Shown here: positions 19,718 to 29,195 of the stretch, piece after piece
Layout of the letters: every line of letters starts with the position of its first letter
Position numbering within the stretch: the stretch's first letter is position 1
NCBI GenBank assembly: GCA_049516875.1
Contig: JBEKSS010000007.1
Span: forward strand, 128,001-192,000
From: Candidatus Bathyarchaeia archaeon
Lineage (GTDB): Archaea; Thermoproteota; Bathyarchaeia; Bathyarchaeales; Bathycorpusculaceae
Reading direction: 5' to 3'
DNA length: 64,000 bases
Position numbers and translations under genes: made by a program
Notes under the pieces: generated by a model
Told to the model about the DNA's origin: nothing
The model's input: the letters and a program-made list of their open reading frames with translations, nothing else
Databases searched by the model: none

Positions 19718-21325
19718 TTATTCGAGGATTCTTTCGATCGCGTCTTTTTCTACTTCGTCGGCCATTGGTATGCCTGTAACCTTAGCGGCTCTTTCGGACA
19801 GGCTCATCAGATCATTTCTGTTGACGAGTTCCAGTTTCCATTTTCTGTTTCCAGCTAAGAGCTGCTTTAGTCCGACGCCTACCCGGTCGGTTAGATAAGT
19901 GTAGAGTCCTATGGCTTCCCAGGGTATTTCTTTGAAGCGTGTCCCGTATTTTGCCTTCAGTTCCGGCGTAGCGATGAAGAACTTCTCGGGTGTAGCGCCA
20001 AACTTGTCGGCGAAGGCTTTTGGCAGTTTGCCTTCTTCCGATAGTTGCTTGAAATAGCTGGACTTCATGACTGCGGTTATTGGTGAACGTCCCAGCAGAA
20101 CGGCTTTCACGAACGGGCCGTTTCCGAAGTTGCTCATTGCTATCGCCTTGAACATGGATGTTTCTTCTATGAATCCGCCGGCCATTATTAGGTCTGGAAC
20201 GTAGCGTCCTTTCTTTTTCAGTATTTGTGCGCATCTTAGGACTATGGTTTCTAGGTAGACTGTGGGGATGCTCATTTCGTCCATCATTGGTACCGGGCTC
20301 ATGCCTGTTCCGCCTCCGGCTCCGTCGAAGGAAACGTAGTCGATTTTGGCTTCTGATGCCATCTTCATCGTGTAAGCGACAGCTGACGGTCTGTATGCTC
20401 CTGTTTTGAGTGTTACGTGTTTTGCCCCTTGCTTCCTCAGCCATTCAATGTCTTCTATGAAGCTCTTCTCTTTGGGTATGCCTACTCTGCTGTGTCTCTC
20501 GAAGGATTTGAACACGCCTTCTTTGAATGCTTTCTGAACATTGGGGTCTTCGGGGTCCGGGATGACTATGTAACCTCTTTTCTTTAGCAATATGGCCTTT
20601 TCCAGGTCTCGTACGCGCACTTCGCCTCCGATGGCCTTTGCACCCTGTCCCCATTTTCTTTCAATGACGTTCACTTCGAGTTTTGAAATGGCGTAGACAT
20701 CGACACCTAGTCTCTGGTCTTCCACGTTTGTTTGTATGACTATCTCTCCATATTTTCCGTCCCAGAACTTTCGGAACAGGTCTACCCTACGCTTCAGTTC
20801 TTTAGATTGCGTGATCTTGCCGTTTGTAATCTGCGCCTCTGCGTCCATGCCGCCAACGTTTTCTCCCACTATCACTGATGTGCCAGCGAGAGCTGCACCT
20901 ATTGCCAAGCCTTCCCAGTTGAGTCTTGCAACATCCGTTGAGCCAAATGCACCGTTTAAAATCGGAACTTTTAGCGGTATGCCTCCAACTTTTGTTTCCA
21001 CGTTGACGTTTGGGAATATGGCAACGTCAGAGTTAGGCTCAATGCCTTGTGCTTCGAAAAGACCTGCCTGTATGTTGAAGTGTGACCAATCTAATCCGAA
21101 GTCTTTCAGAGCGCCTGCGGTACTGGTGCCGAACTGGACTGGTTCGGGATAAAGTGCTTCTCTTCCTCTGAAGGCGGATAGGCTTATCTCGCACAAGAAT
21201 GGACAATCACGTATGCATAGGGGGCACATTCCGCTTGTCGGGCTTGTGTCTTTGACGCGTGTTTGGGTTCCGCTCGATGATTTGCCGTTTAAATAAGCAC
21301 TGTTTTTGTGTACACGTTCTGACAT
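19718..21325 (-). CDS. FMN-binding glutamate synthase family protein (archaeal GltB domain 2 type)
   Basis: N-terminal CxxCxxxCxxxC, KWGQGAKAIGGE, LKTGAY, DGAGGGTGMSP. Confidence 0.88.
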   Translation of the reverse strand: MSERVHKNSAYLNGKSSSGTQTRVKDTSPTSGMCPLCIRDCPFLCEISLSAFRGREALYPEPVQFGTSTAGALKDFGLDWSHFNIQAGLFEAQGIEPNSDVAIFPNVNVETKVGGIPLKVPILNGAFGSTDVARLNWEGLAIGAALAGTSVIVGENVGGMDAEAQITNGKITQSKELKRRVDLFRKFWDGKYGEIVIQTNVEDQRLGVDVYAISKLEVNVIERKWGQGAKAIGGEVRVRDLEKAILLKKRGYIVIPDPEDPNVQKAFKEGVFKSFERHSRVGIPKEKSFIEDIEWLRKQGAKHVTLKTGAYRPSAVAYTMKMASEAKIDYVSFDGAGGGTGMSPVPMMDEMSIPTVYLETIVLRCAQILKKKGRYVPDLIMAGGFIEETSMFKAIAMSNFGNGPFVKAVLLGRSPITAVMKSSYFKQLSEEGKLPKAFADKFGATPEKFFIATPELKAKYGTRFKEIPWEAIGLYTYLTDRVGVGLKQLLAGNRKWKLELVNRNDLMSLSERAAKVTGIPMADEVEKDAIERILE

Positions 21326-21682
21326 TCTTCTCTCTCCTTTACATTTGCAAACTTTTGGACTAGGATGTTTGACTTAATCAGCATTTAAGCGTTACCTTGG
21401 AACGGCGTAGAAATGAACATTTATGAACATGGAACCGTAGCTGAGTTCGTTTTGTAAGACTTTGAACGTCTTCCCTTGGGCAAGTATCTGCGGCGCTTAC
21501 AAGTCTGAGTTTGTCATACGCGAACGTTCAAGTCCCATTCTTCTTGGAAGCGTCAATAAGTTGTGATGTGCTCAATGGATGATTGGGGTCTTCAAACACG
21601 TCAATTCTTTGATGCAAGTATACTTTTATTAGTGCATGAAAATAACGTATAATCGGGAGGCTTGCTCGGATTGAGTTTTGAG

Positions 21683-22642
21683 ATGTGGGCTGAAAAGTAC
21701 AGGCCGAAGAGGCTGAGCGAGATCGTTGACCAGAAAGATATTGTTGAGCGACTGAAGAGCTTCACGAAATCCAGAAACGTGCCACACTGCATTTTTGCAG
21801 GGCCGCCGGGCACTGGGAAAACCACTGCAGCTCTTTGCTTGGCAAGAGACCTTTACGGTGATGCTTATAGAGAGCACACGATGGAGTTGAATGCGAGCGA
21901 CGAGAGAGGAATTGATGTTGTTAGGGAGAAAGTGAAGACTTTTGCGAGAGTGAAATCGATTGGAGAGGTTCCGTTTAAAATAATGATTTTGGATGAGGCA
22001 GACAACATGACTTCGGATGCTCAGCAAGCCCTGAGGCGCACGATGGAGCGTTACACAGAGACGTGCCGGTTCATCATGTGCGCCAATTATAGTGGAAAAA
22101 TAATAGAGCCTATCCAATCCAGATGTGCCCCTTTCCGCTTCACCTATCTGCCGAGAGAAGCGCACGATTCTTACTTGAAAGAGATAGCTGAAAAAGAAAA
22201 ATTGAAGCTGTCAAGTGAGGGTTTGGATGCCATTTTCGAGATTTGCGGTGGAGACCTGAGAAAGGCCATCAACACTCTGCAGAGCGCGGCTTCGTTAGGC
22301 AAACCTGTAGACGCAAAAGTCATCTATTCAATCACTGGAAAAGCCAGCCCTGCAGACGTGCAAAAGATGGTAAAAACTGCCATGGACGGCGACTTCCTTG
22401 AAGCAAGAAAACAGTTGCGTGACATGATCCAGAAATACGGGGTAGCCGGAAGCGACGTGATCCGTCAGATTCACACGGAAATCTTCAGAGCTGAGCTTCC
22501 TGAGCAGTGGAAGATAAAACTGGCTGACGTTGTGGGAGAGGCGGATTTCAGGCTAGTTGAAGGCGCTGATGAAGAGATTCAGTTAAGCGCCTTGCTGGCT
22601 AGGCTCGTTGAAGCTGGCTACGATTTGAAAAACGCAAGATAG
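21683..22642 (+). CDS. rfcS: Replication factor C small subunit
   Basis: WAEKYRP, GPPGTGKTT, NASDERG, LDEAD, QSRC; no intein. Confidence 0.97.
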   Translation: MWAEKYRPKRLSEIVDQKDIVERLKSFTKSRNVPHCIFAGPPGTGKTTAALCLARDLYGDAYREHTMELNASDERGIDVVREKVKTFARVKSIGEVPFKIMILDEADNMTSDAQQALRRTMERYTETCRFIMCANYSGKIIEPIQSRCAPFRFTYLPREAHDSYLKEIAEKEKLKLSSEGLDAIFEICGGDLRKAINTLQSAASLGKPVDAKVIYSITGKASPADVQKMVKTAMDGDFLEARKQLRDMIQKYGVAGSDVIRQIHTEIFRAELPEQWKIKLADVVGEADFRLVEGADEEIQLSALLARLVEAGYDLKNAR

Positions 22643-22652
22643 GTGCACAGTC

Positions 22653-23912
22653 TTGCACTATGCTTGGACTGCTGAGCACAAACCCAAATCACTAACCGAG
22701 ATCATTGGGAATGCTGACTCGATTCAAAAGCTCGTCGACTGGGTAAAATCTTGGGAAAAAGGCGTTCCTAAGAAGAGAGCCGCCTTTCTTTATGGGCCGC
22801 CGGGCGTGGGGAAAACGGTCACGGTGGAAGCATTGGTCCATGATTGTGACATGGAATTCGTGGAGAAAAACGCGAGCGATTATCGGACTGAGGAGGCAAT
22901 AAACCGGTTTGCAGGGCTAGCCTCACAATACGGGTCACTGTTTGGTGAAAAGAGAATAATTCTTCTGGATGAATTGGACGGGTTAACCGGGACTTCAGAC
23001 AGAGGCGGGGTAAAGGCGATAACCGACGTAGTCAAAGATGCCCAGTGCCCAATAGTCTTGATTGCCAACAGCGCATATGACCCTCGCTTCTCCAATCTAC
23101 GTAGCTACTGCCTTTTGATAGAGTTTAAGAAGCCGCCGGCAGGCGAGGTTGCGAAGCGTTTGAAGCTGATAAGTGAAGACGAGGGGATTCAAGCAGGCGA
23201 CGCTGCGTTGAAGTTCATCGCTCAACGCTCAGGAGGCGACGTGCGTTCGGCAGTGAACGATCTTCAAGCGCTGGGTCAAGGTAAGAAAGAGTTGACCTAT
23301 GACGACGTCTCTTGGCTGGGTTACCGAGATAGGCAGGACAGCATCTTCAACGTGTTAAGGATGATACTCTACGGAAAAACCTGCGCTAGCACAAAGCAGG
23401 CTATCAACATGGTAGACGTCGACACTGACATGCTTTTCGAGTGGATATACGAGAATGTCCCCGCACACCTGACAGACCCGCATGACCTAGCTGACGCGAT
23501 GGGTGCACTGTCTGTTGCGGATGTTTATCGCGGCAGAATCCGGGCAACTCAAGACTGGGGTTTCATGCGCTACGTGACAGATTACATGACTGCTGGCGTA
23601 GCTTTGGCTAGAAAGAACACCAAAACATCAGGATGGATCCCGTTCAAATTTCCAGAACGCATACAGATGCTGTCGCGTTCCAGAGCAGAACGCGCTATGC
23701 AGTTTAGCATAGGTGCCAAGGTTAAACGGAAAAGCCACATTTCAGCTAAAAGAGCCTCAAAGGAAATAGTTCCCTACCTAAAGATAATTTTTGGAAATAA
23801 CGCCGAGATGGCGGCTGGGCTGGCGAAGTGGCTGGACTTGGATCGGGAAATGGTTGAGTACCTGGTCGGTAGCGAGGAAAAAGCTGAACCGATCATCAAA
23901 CTTATGGGTTGA
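22653..23912 (+). CDS. rfcL: Replication factor C large subunit
   Basis: GPPGVGKT, NASDYR, LDELDG, GDVRSAVNDLQ, WIYEN. Confidence 0.95.
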   Translation: MHYAWTAEHKPKSLTEIIGNADSIQKLVDWVKSWEKGVPKKRAAFLYGPPGVGKTVTVEALVHDCDMEFVEKNASDYRTEEAINRFAGLASQYGSLFGEKRIILLDELDGLTGTSDRGGVKAITDVVKDAQCPIVLIANSAYDPRFSNLRSYCLLIEFKKPPAGEVAKRLKLISEDEGIQAGDAALKFIAQRSGGDVRSAVNDLQALGQGKKELTYDDVSWLGYRDRQDSIFNVLRMILYGKTCASTKQAINMVDVDTDMLFEWIYENVPAHLTDPHDLADAMGALSVADVYRGRIRATQDWGFMRYVTDYMTAGVALARKNTKTSGWIPFKFPERIQMLSRSRAERAMQFSIGAKVKRKSHISAKRASKEIVPYLKIIFGNNAEMAAGLAKWLDLDREMVEYLVGSEEKAEPIIKLMG

Positions 23913-23928
23913 GGACCGTTCGTCCTTG

Positions 23929-24255
23929 CTAATGTATTTTGCTTCCTTGTGCTATGTCTTTTTCAGGCTGCAAAACCACAACGTTGCCCTTTTCGTCTTC
24001 AGCCGCGAATATCATGCACTGGGATTCGACGCCCATTAGCTTGCGTCGCTGAAGGTTGAGAATAAAGGCGCATTTTTTGCCCACGAGATCCTCGGGCTTG
24101 TACCATTGTAAGAGTCCAGCAACGGCTTGTCTCTTTTCAGTTCCAAAATCAACGATCATTCTTATGAGGCTTCGTGAGCTTGGGATTTGGTTGGCTTCTA
24201 TTATTTCTCCAACGCGGAGATCGAGTTTTTGAAATTCATCAAAGGAGATTTCCAA
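23929..24255 (-). CDS. Stand-alone tRNA-binding OB-fold protein (CsaA/Trbp111/MetRS C-terminal type)
   Basis: ISFDEFQKLDLRVG, VDFG, NL..RKLMGVESQ. Confidence 0.85.
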   Translation of the reverse strand: MEISFDEFQKLDLRVGEIIEANQIPSSRSLIRMIVDFGTEKRQAVAGLLQWYKPEDLVGKKCAFILNLQRRKLMGVESQCMIFAAEDEKGNVVVLQPEKDIAQGSKIH

Positions 24256-24296
24256 TTCTTAGTCACTGTTTTTCAGTTTTCACGCGGACTGAGCTA

Positions 24297-25019
24297 TTAA
24301 GTTTTGTGCGCTTTTCTTCTGCGATTTATTTTTTCTACCGCTCTCGCAACACCTTCCCAGCCTTCGACGGACTTTGAATAGACTATTTCCAAAGCTTCCT
24401 TCGAAGTCATTCTGAACAGTTCCTGACCGACAGCTCTTCTTGAAAGGTATCCTGCCGCGTTCAAGATTTCGCTGTTCAACCGTGAATCTGTCGAGTCTGC
24501 CAAGTGGCAGATTAAAGCCTCAATAGTCTTCGGTCTTATCGGGCTGGCCTCCCCATGGTGAGCAGACACAATGTGGACCAGTTCTAAGGGGAAGCCCCTT
24601 CGTACAAGCTCTGAAGTTGCAAGTGATAGGTGGTCTAGGTAGTCGGCTAAGCGTGTTGAGCTGTAGCTTCCGTTCTTGTTGATAGAGTATGTTGCTGGTT
24701 TGAAAATGTCGTGTAACAGGACGCCGGATATAATAAGGTCACGGTTTACATTACCGTTATATATCTTCTCCACGGAGTCGCACATTGCTAATGCGAGGTT
24801 TGCTGTTGAAGCAACGTGTTCAACGTATCCGCCAGGGTAGCTGTGGTGACGTGATATTCCGGCTGGCGATGTTTCAAGAGGCAAACCTGAGTATGTTTCC
24901 CCGTTGATCTCGATAGTGGGGTTTTTCAACAATTCAATGACCTTCTTACGAAGGGGTTCGCTGCGAATCTTTCTTGCTATCGCACTGAGTTTTGAGTTTA
25001 GCAATTTGTTCACTATCAC
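24297..25019 (-). CDS. HD-domain phosphohydrolase (MptB/YhaM-like)
   Basis: PAG..HHSYPGG..EH, LLHDIFK, HHG, HLAD. Confidence 0.8.
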   Translation of the reverse strand: MIVNKLLNSKLSAIARKIRSEPLRKKVIELLKNPTIEINGETYSGLPLETSPAGISRHHSYPGGYVEHVASTANLALAMCDSVEKIYNGNVNRDLIISGVLLHDIFKPATYSINKNGSYSSTRLADYLDHLSLATSELVRRGFPLELVHIVSAHHGEASPIRPKTIEALICHLADSTDSRLNSEILNAAGYLSRRAVGQELFRMTSKEALEIVYSKSVEGWEGVARAVEKINRRRKAHKT

Positions 25020-25707
25020 GGGTTTTAACTGTTGAGAGGATATTGATTTTTCGTTTTTCGTTTGTTGCTATTCTGTGGGCTGTGAGAATGGGTTCTGGTA
25101 TGCGGTTATTTTTGGCGCAGTGTTTGACTATTTTGACGGCGGTTTCGAGCGAGACCCTGTTTCCAACGCTGACATAGACCGGCCTGCACCCGCTCTTCGT
25201 GATAACAGCCGCGCCAACGGTCTTTTGGTCAGACTCGATGAGGTTGGCTTCTACTCTGGATATGACCGTTTTGACTTCGCCAATCAGTCTGCTTTTTGCA
25301 ACACCGATAGCTGGTTTTCTCAAAACGAGTCCAAGATGGCTTGCAAATCCGCAGTGATAAGGGTGCGCAAAACCGTAACCGTCTACTAGGAACAGATCCG
25401 GTTGTGCGTGGAGTTTTCGGATGCACAGAACAGCGGGTCTTATTTCTCTGAAGGAAAGTAAGGTTGGAACGTAGGGAAAGCGAGTTTTGCAGAAGGCTGT
25501 TTGCTTTTCCACAAGCTTGAGAGAGTCATAGTCAAGGACGGCCACAGCTCCTATGGACACGTCATCAGCATAGGCGACGTCTACCCCCGCCACTAACTGG
25601 ATTTTCTTGGGTAATTTGTCCTCGCAAATAATCTTCTCGGACATGCGTAGCTGAGCTTCATGGGCTTTCTTAGCGGAAAAACCGCGTCTATTGCTGTCCT
25701 CATCCAT
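24946..25707 (-). CDS. nfi: Endonuclease V
   Basis: AGVDVAY, FPYVPTLLSFRE, VDG.G.AHP, IGVAKS, PVYVSVG, RIPEP. Confidence 0.93.
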   Translation of the reverse strand: MDEDSNRRGFSAKKAHEAQLRMSEKIICEDKLPKKIQLVAGVDVAYADDVSIGAVAVLDYDSLKLVEKQTAFCKTRFPYVPTLLSFREIRPAVLCIRKLHAQPDLFLVDGYGFAHPYHCGFASHLGLVLRKPAIGVAKSRLIGEVKTVISRVEANLIESDQKTVGAAVITKSGCRPVYVSVGNRVSLETAVKIVKHCAKNNRIPEPILTAHRIATNEKRKINILSTVKTRDSEQIAKLKTQCDSKKDSQRTPS

Positions 25708-25732
25708 GTTTTTTTGCGGCGCACCTTTGGGT

Positions 25733-26371
25733 TCATTTCTTGCTTTTTGCGTGTTTTTCAAACTGTCTCAGATGCTTCTCAAGCTGGTTTCTCCGGATTT
25801 CTTGGGTTACGTCTCCACGGGTGATCTCGATGATTTTTCTGGCAACGTCGCATTTTCTTCTCAGACCTGGAACAAGCATGTAAGATTCGTCCATAGCCAT
25901 GAGTTCGATGTAGATTTGGTCCATTGTTTGCAAGTATTGTTCACCTTTCTTGGTGTCGCCTTCGCGCAGAGCATCCAGCGCTGCACGTCTGCATTCGCCT
26001 ATTACATCGGCCAGTCCAAGCACGTAATCGTCTGAAGGGGCATCAATTTCCTTAGGTGTTATGAACCTCGATTCCTGGATTAGCTTCAGGAATATGTTTG
26101 CTTCTGAGTATTCTTGAAGCGTAGCGCTGTATAGACCGCAATAAATGATGCTGGGATGCGTGGCTGAGAGGTTGTTGACCTTTGAAATGGTTTTGCGTGC
26201 TTTTTCAATGAATTTTTCTGCTTCTTTCAACCTTTTTTGGTGAATGAGAAGTATTGCCTGTTTCGAAAGGCTTGTTGCTTTTCTTAGATATCCGTAAGTT
26301 GTTTCTCGCACTTTGTCCTTGTACATCAGCTCTTTTCTAGTTTCGCTTAGGACAGTTCTCAGAGTGTCCAT
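25733..26371 (-). CDS. Translin/C3PO family RNA-binding endonuclease
   Basis: QEYSEA, YVLGLADVIGE.RR, LRRKCD motifs. Confidence 0.85.
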   Translation of the reverse strand: MDTLRTVLSETRKELMYKDKVRETTYGYLRKATSLSKQAILLIHQKRLKEAEKFIEKARKTISKVNNLSATHPSIIYCGLYSATLQEYSEANIFLKLIQESRFITPKEIDAPSDDYVLGLADVIGECRRAALDALREGDTKKGEQYLQTMDQIYIELMAMDESYMLVPGLRRKCDVARKIIEITRGDVTQEIRRNQLEKHLRQFEKHAKSKK

Positions 26372-26474
26372 TATGTTAGCACCTTGTTCAAGGATGGAAT
26401 ATGAAGAATAAACAAGTATTTTATCGTATCCTCAAAAATAGGGACGGGTGATTGCTGTCCTCTGCAGTGCTTAC

Positions 26475-26672
26475 TCATTGCTCAAGTACTGGTTCTTTCC
26501 ATTTCTCTACAAGCAGTCTGCTGTCGCCGCTTGGTTTGAAGGACACCTTTACGAATATAGAGTCGGAGCCTTTGAACGGGAACATGCTGTCTTCGGCTAA
26601 GTCTTTTGGCAGGTAGATGAGGTATTTGCCGTCTTTTCTTCTGAATAGGCGCCCTCTTCCGTCATTAACCAT
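26475..26672 (-). CDS. Small hypothetical protein, possible AbrB-like swapped-hairpin fold
   Basis: GAGGTG RBS upstream; GKYLIYLPKDL pattern. Confidence 0.6.
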   Translation of the reverse strand: MVNDGRGRLFRRKDGKYLIYLPKDLAEDSMFPFKGSDSIFVKVSFKPSGDSRLLVEKWKEPVLEQ

Positions 26673-26813
26673 CTGTTAACACCTCGATTCAATCTTTGGT
26701 TCAAGAGCAAGGGTAATGCCTGAGGAAATATTTAAGCTTTGTTCTCATTTGATTCAAGAAGAAGTACCCAAGAAAAGCCGAAGTCTAAAAACTTGACTTA
26801 ATTGCAACGAATA

Positions 26814-27791
26814 TTATCCGTTGCCAAATTTTCTTGAACTCTCGAGTTTGCTTAGAAGTACAACGCGGCTTTCTGTAGATTCATTGGTTAGATTGTAATC
26901 AGTCAGGTTTGCAAGTTGCTTTGAGAATTCGCGTATCTCATCGTGGCTTGGCGTGTTTTGATAGCCTAGGCGCTTTCTAGAAAACCCAACATGCATGTAG
27001 GCTTTTACTTCGATGTGTGTTGGCTCCGCTTTTCTGATGAGCCCGGCGTAGCCCTGTATGTTTCTCATATTCAAGCCACGCACAGACGTTATACGTATTA
27101 CTGTTGGGCATTTGAAGTTGGGCAAATTGTCCAAAGTTTTGTTTAGTTCTTCCCAACCTCTTGAGATTTGAGGGCGGCACACTTTTTTGAACGTCTCTTT
27201 GTCTGGGGCGCAGACGGAAATGTAGAGTTGTGTGGGTTCTTCGCTCAGCTTTGCTAAAGCTGAGGGCATCGTTCCGTTCGAAACAAGAAAGGTCGTGAAT
27301 GCATTCTTGTGGAAGCTTCTAATCAGTTCGCCGATGTGGCTGTAGAGTGTCGGTTCGCCGGTCAGGCTTATGGCCACATGTTTGGGGTTCAGGGCTTCTC
27401 TTAATTTCTGCTTGTTTGCTTTTGGGTTGTCTTTGTATCCGCTTAGAATCGCATGTTGTGCTCTAATGCTTTCTTCTACGATTTCCTCGGGAGAATCCCA
27501 TTTGGGCAATCTGAGTTCATTCCATGAGGTTTGGAGGTCTCCGCTTTGAGCTCTCCAACAGAAAAGGCACTGTTGTGTACAGTAGAAGGCGGTAGGTGTC
27601 ATTTGTATGCATTGATCTGTTTTTATTCCGTAGAACTTTTGTTTGTAGCACGGTCGGTCGTGGATCAAGGTTTCGTAGAGCCATCTGCACCTTTTGACAG
27701 CTGAATGTCTGCCAACAAAATGGTATTTCTGTTTCTTTAAATCGTCGATGAGGGTGGCCGGGACATATGTTTCCAACGTAATCACTTTCAA
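26814..27791 (-). CDS. taw1: 4-demethylwyosine synthase (radical SAM)
   Basis: HSAVKRC.W, CYKQKFYGI, CTQQCLFCWR, AISLTGEPTLY, EVKAYMHVG. Confidence 0.93.
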   Translation of the reverse strand: MKVITLETYVPATLIDDLKKQKYHFVGRHSAVKRCRWLYETLIHDRPCYKQKFYGIKTDQCIQMTPTAFYCTQQCLFCWRAQSGDLQTSWNELRLPKWDSPEEIVEESIRAQHAILSGYKDNPKANKQKLREALNPKHVAISLTGEPTLYSHIGELIRSFHKNAFTTFLVSNGTMPSALAKLSEEPTQLYISVCAPDKETFKKVCRPQISRGWEELNKTLDNLPNFKCPTVIRITSVRGLNMRNIQGYAGLIRKAEPTHIEVKAYMHVGFSRKRLGYQNTPSHDEIREFSKQLANLTDYNLTNESTESRVVLLSKLESSRKFGNG

Positions 27792-27840
27792 GCGTGTTGC
27801 GCGGATGTCTTAGAGGGGGAGAAGCGAGATGAAGGCAGTG

Positions 27841-29022
27841 TCACTTGTCAAAGCAGTATTGGACTTTCTGAAACTCGGCAGCTAGTCTCGCTACATCCTT
27901 CTTGATGGCCTCTGGGTTCTCTCCGTCCATGACTGTTCTCTTGATGAGTCCGGCTATTTTCAACATTTCTGTCTCTTTCATTCCGCGTCTGGTGACCTCG
28001 CAAGTGCCAAATCTGATTACGCAGTCTGCGATTATGTTTGCGCGTTGAAGCTTTTCTGCAACGGCTCTGCCTTTTTCATAGTCTCCGTAGTCCACGATGG
28101 CCTGGTGTGACTGCGTGAACCCTAAGTGTTGGCAAACAACTGGGAAGCCGTAGTCATACAGTGCTTTGGCCAAGGATTTTGAGTTGCGAACAATCTGTGT
28201 TGCGTACGCTTTGCCGAAATTCTTCATTTCGACCAAAGCTAACGTCAGAGCTGCGATGCGGTTCCAATGGGCGTTGTCTACGAAAGCAGGATAAATCTTC
28301 TCTTTCAAAAGTTCTCCAAGGTCTCTGTTTGCCAGCAGTATGCCTCCTTGGGGGCCGAAAAAGCTTTTGTGCGTTGAGCCGAACAGGGCTTGTGCGCCTT
28401 CCCGCAGTGGATCCTGGAACTGTTCGCCAGCAATGAGTCCCAAAACGTGCGAGCCGTCAAATCCCACGATTGCACCGGTTTCGCGGGCAACTTTCGCTAA
28501 GTCCTTTACAGGATGTGGAAAGTTGATTAGGCTTGCCCCGAAAATCACAACTTTAGGCTTGATGTTGCTAATTGTTTCTTTTGCTTCTGGAACTTTTATG
28601 TTCATATCATTCTTTGAGAATGGAAAAGGAACAGCCTTAAGCTTAAGAAGTTCGGCCAAACCGGGCTTCCACATGCCTGGGTATCCGCCATGTTCGGGAG
28701 AAACGCAAAGGAGTTTGTCGCCTGGCTCTGTTAAATTGGCCAGTACGATAAGATCGGCAATGTGTCCTGAAAGGGGACGTAAGTCCGCGGTTTGAGCTTT
28801 GAAAAGTTCTCTTGCGACTTTTTCGCCGTATTGTTCGATCTCGTCGGTGAACTGTGTGCCCATGTAGAAGTGGTCTCTTGCAGTGTAGCGATGCGCGAGC
28901 TCTGAGCTTAGCAAGCTTCTGACTGATGGGCTCATGACGTTTTCAGAGGGGATGAGATTCAAACATTGCTTTCCGCGCCATTCTTCGTGCTTTCTAACTA
29001 GACTTATGATTTCATCAATCAT
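27841..29022 (-). CDS. glyA: Serine hydroxymethyltransferase (archaeal type)
   Basis: NLIPSEN, DGSHVLGLIAG, STHKSFFGPQGG PLP lysine motif. Confidence 0.92.
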   Translation of the reverse strand: MIDEIISLVRKHEEWRGKQCLNLIPSENVMSPSVRSLLSSELAHRYTARDHFYMGTQFTDEIEQYGEKVARELFKAQTADLRPLSGHIADLIVLANLTEPGDKLLCVSPEHGGYPGMWKPGLAELLKLKAVPFPFSKNDMNIKVPEAKETISNIKPKVVIFGASLINFPHPVKDLAKVARETGAIVGFDGSHVLGLIAGEQFQDPLREGAQALFGSTHKSFFGPQGGILLANRDLGELLKEKIYPAFVDNAHWNRIAALTLALVEMKNFGKAYATQIVRNSKSLAKALYDYGFPVVCQHLGFTQSHQAIVDYGDYEKGRAVAEKLQRANIIADCVIRFGTCEVTRRGMKETEMLKIAGLIKRTVMDGENPEAIKKDVARLAAEFQKVQYCFDK

Positions 29023-29195
29023 ATCGAACCACGTTAGAGGTTAGGAGTACTATTTGTTTGTGCACTTAAGTTGTTTTTCCTTGTCAAATCAAGATTCTCT
29101 AACTTGCCGTTCATATTCTGGGATAAGACGAGCATATCCTTCGACTTATGCGTGTGTTAGGCAAATTGGTAATATAATAAAAGGTAAAGTTTAAA

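Noticed and set aside
21326-21660. Replication origin in the long spacer near mcm/rfc
   Set aside because: No ORB-like repeats with G-strings and no cdc6/orc1 in the window.
15623-23912. Inteins in MCM or RFC
   Set aside because: Lengths are normal and Walker motifs uninterrupted.
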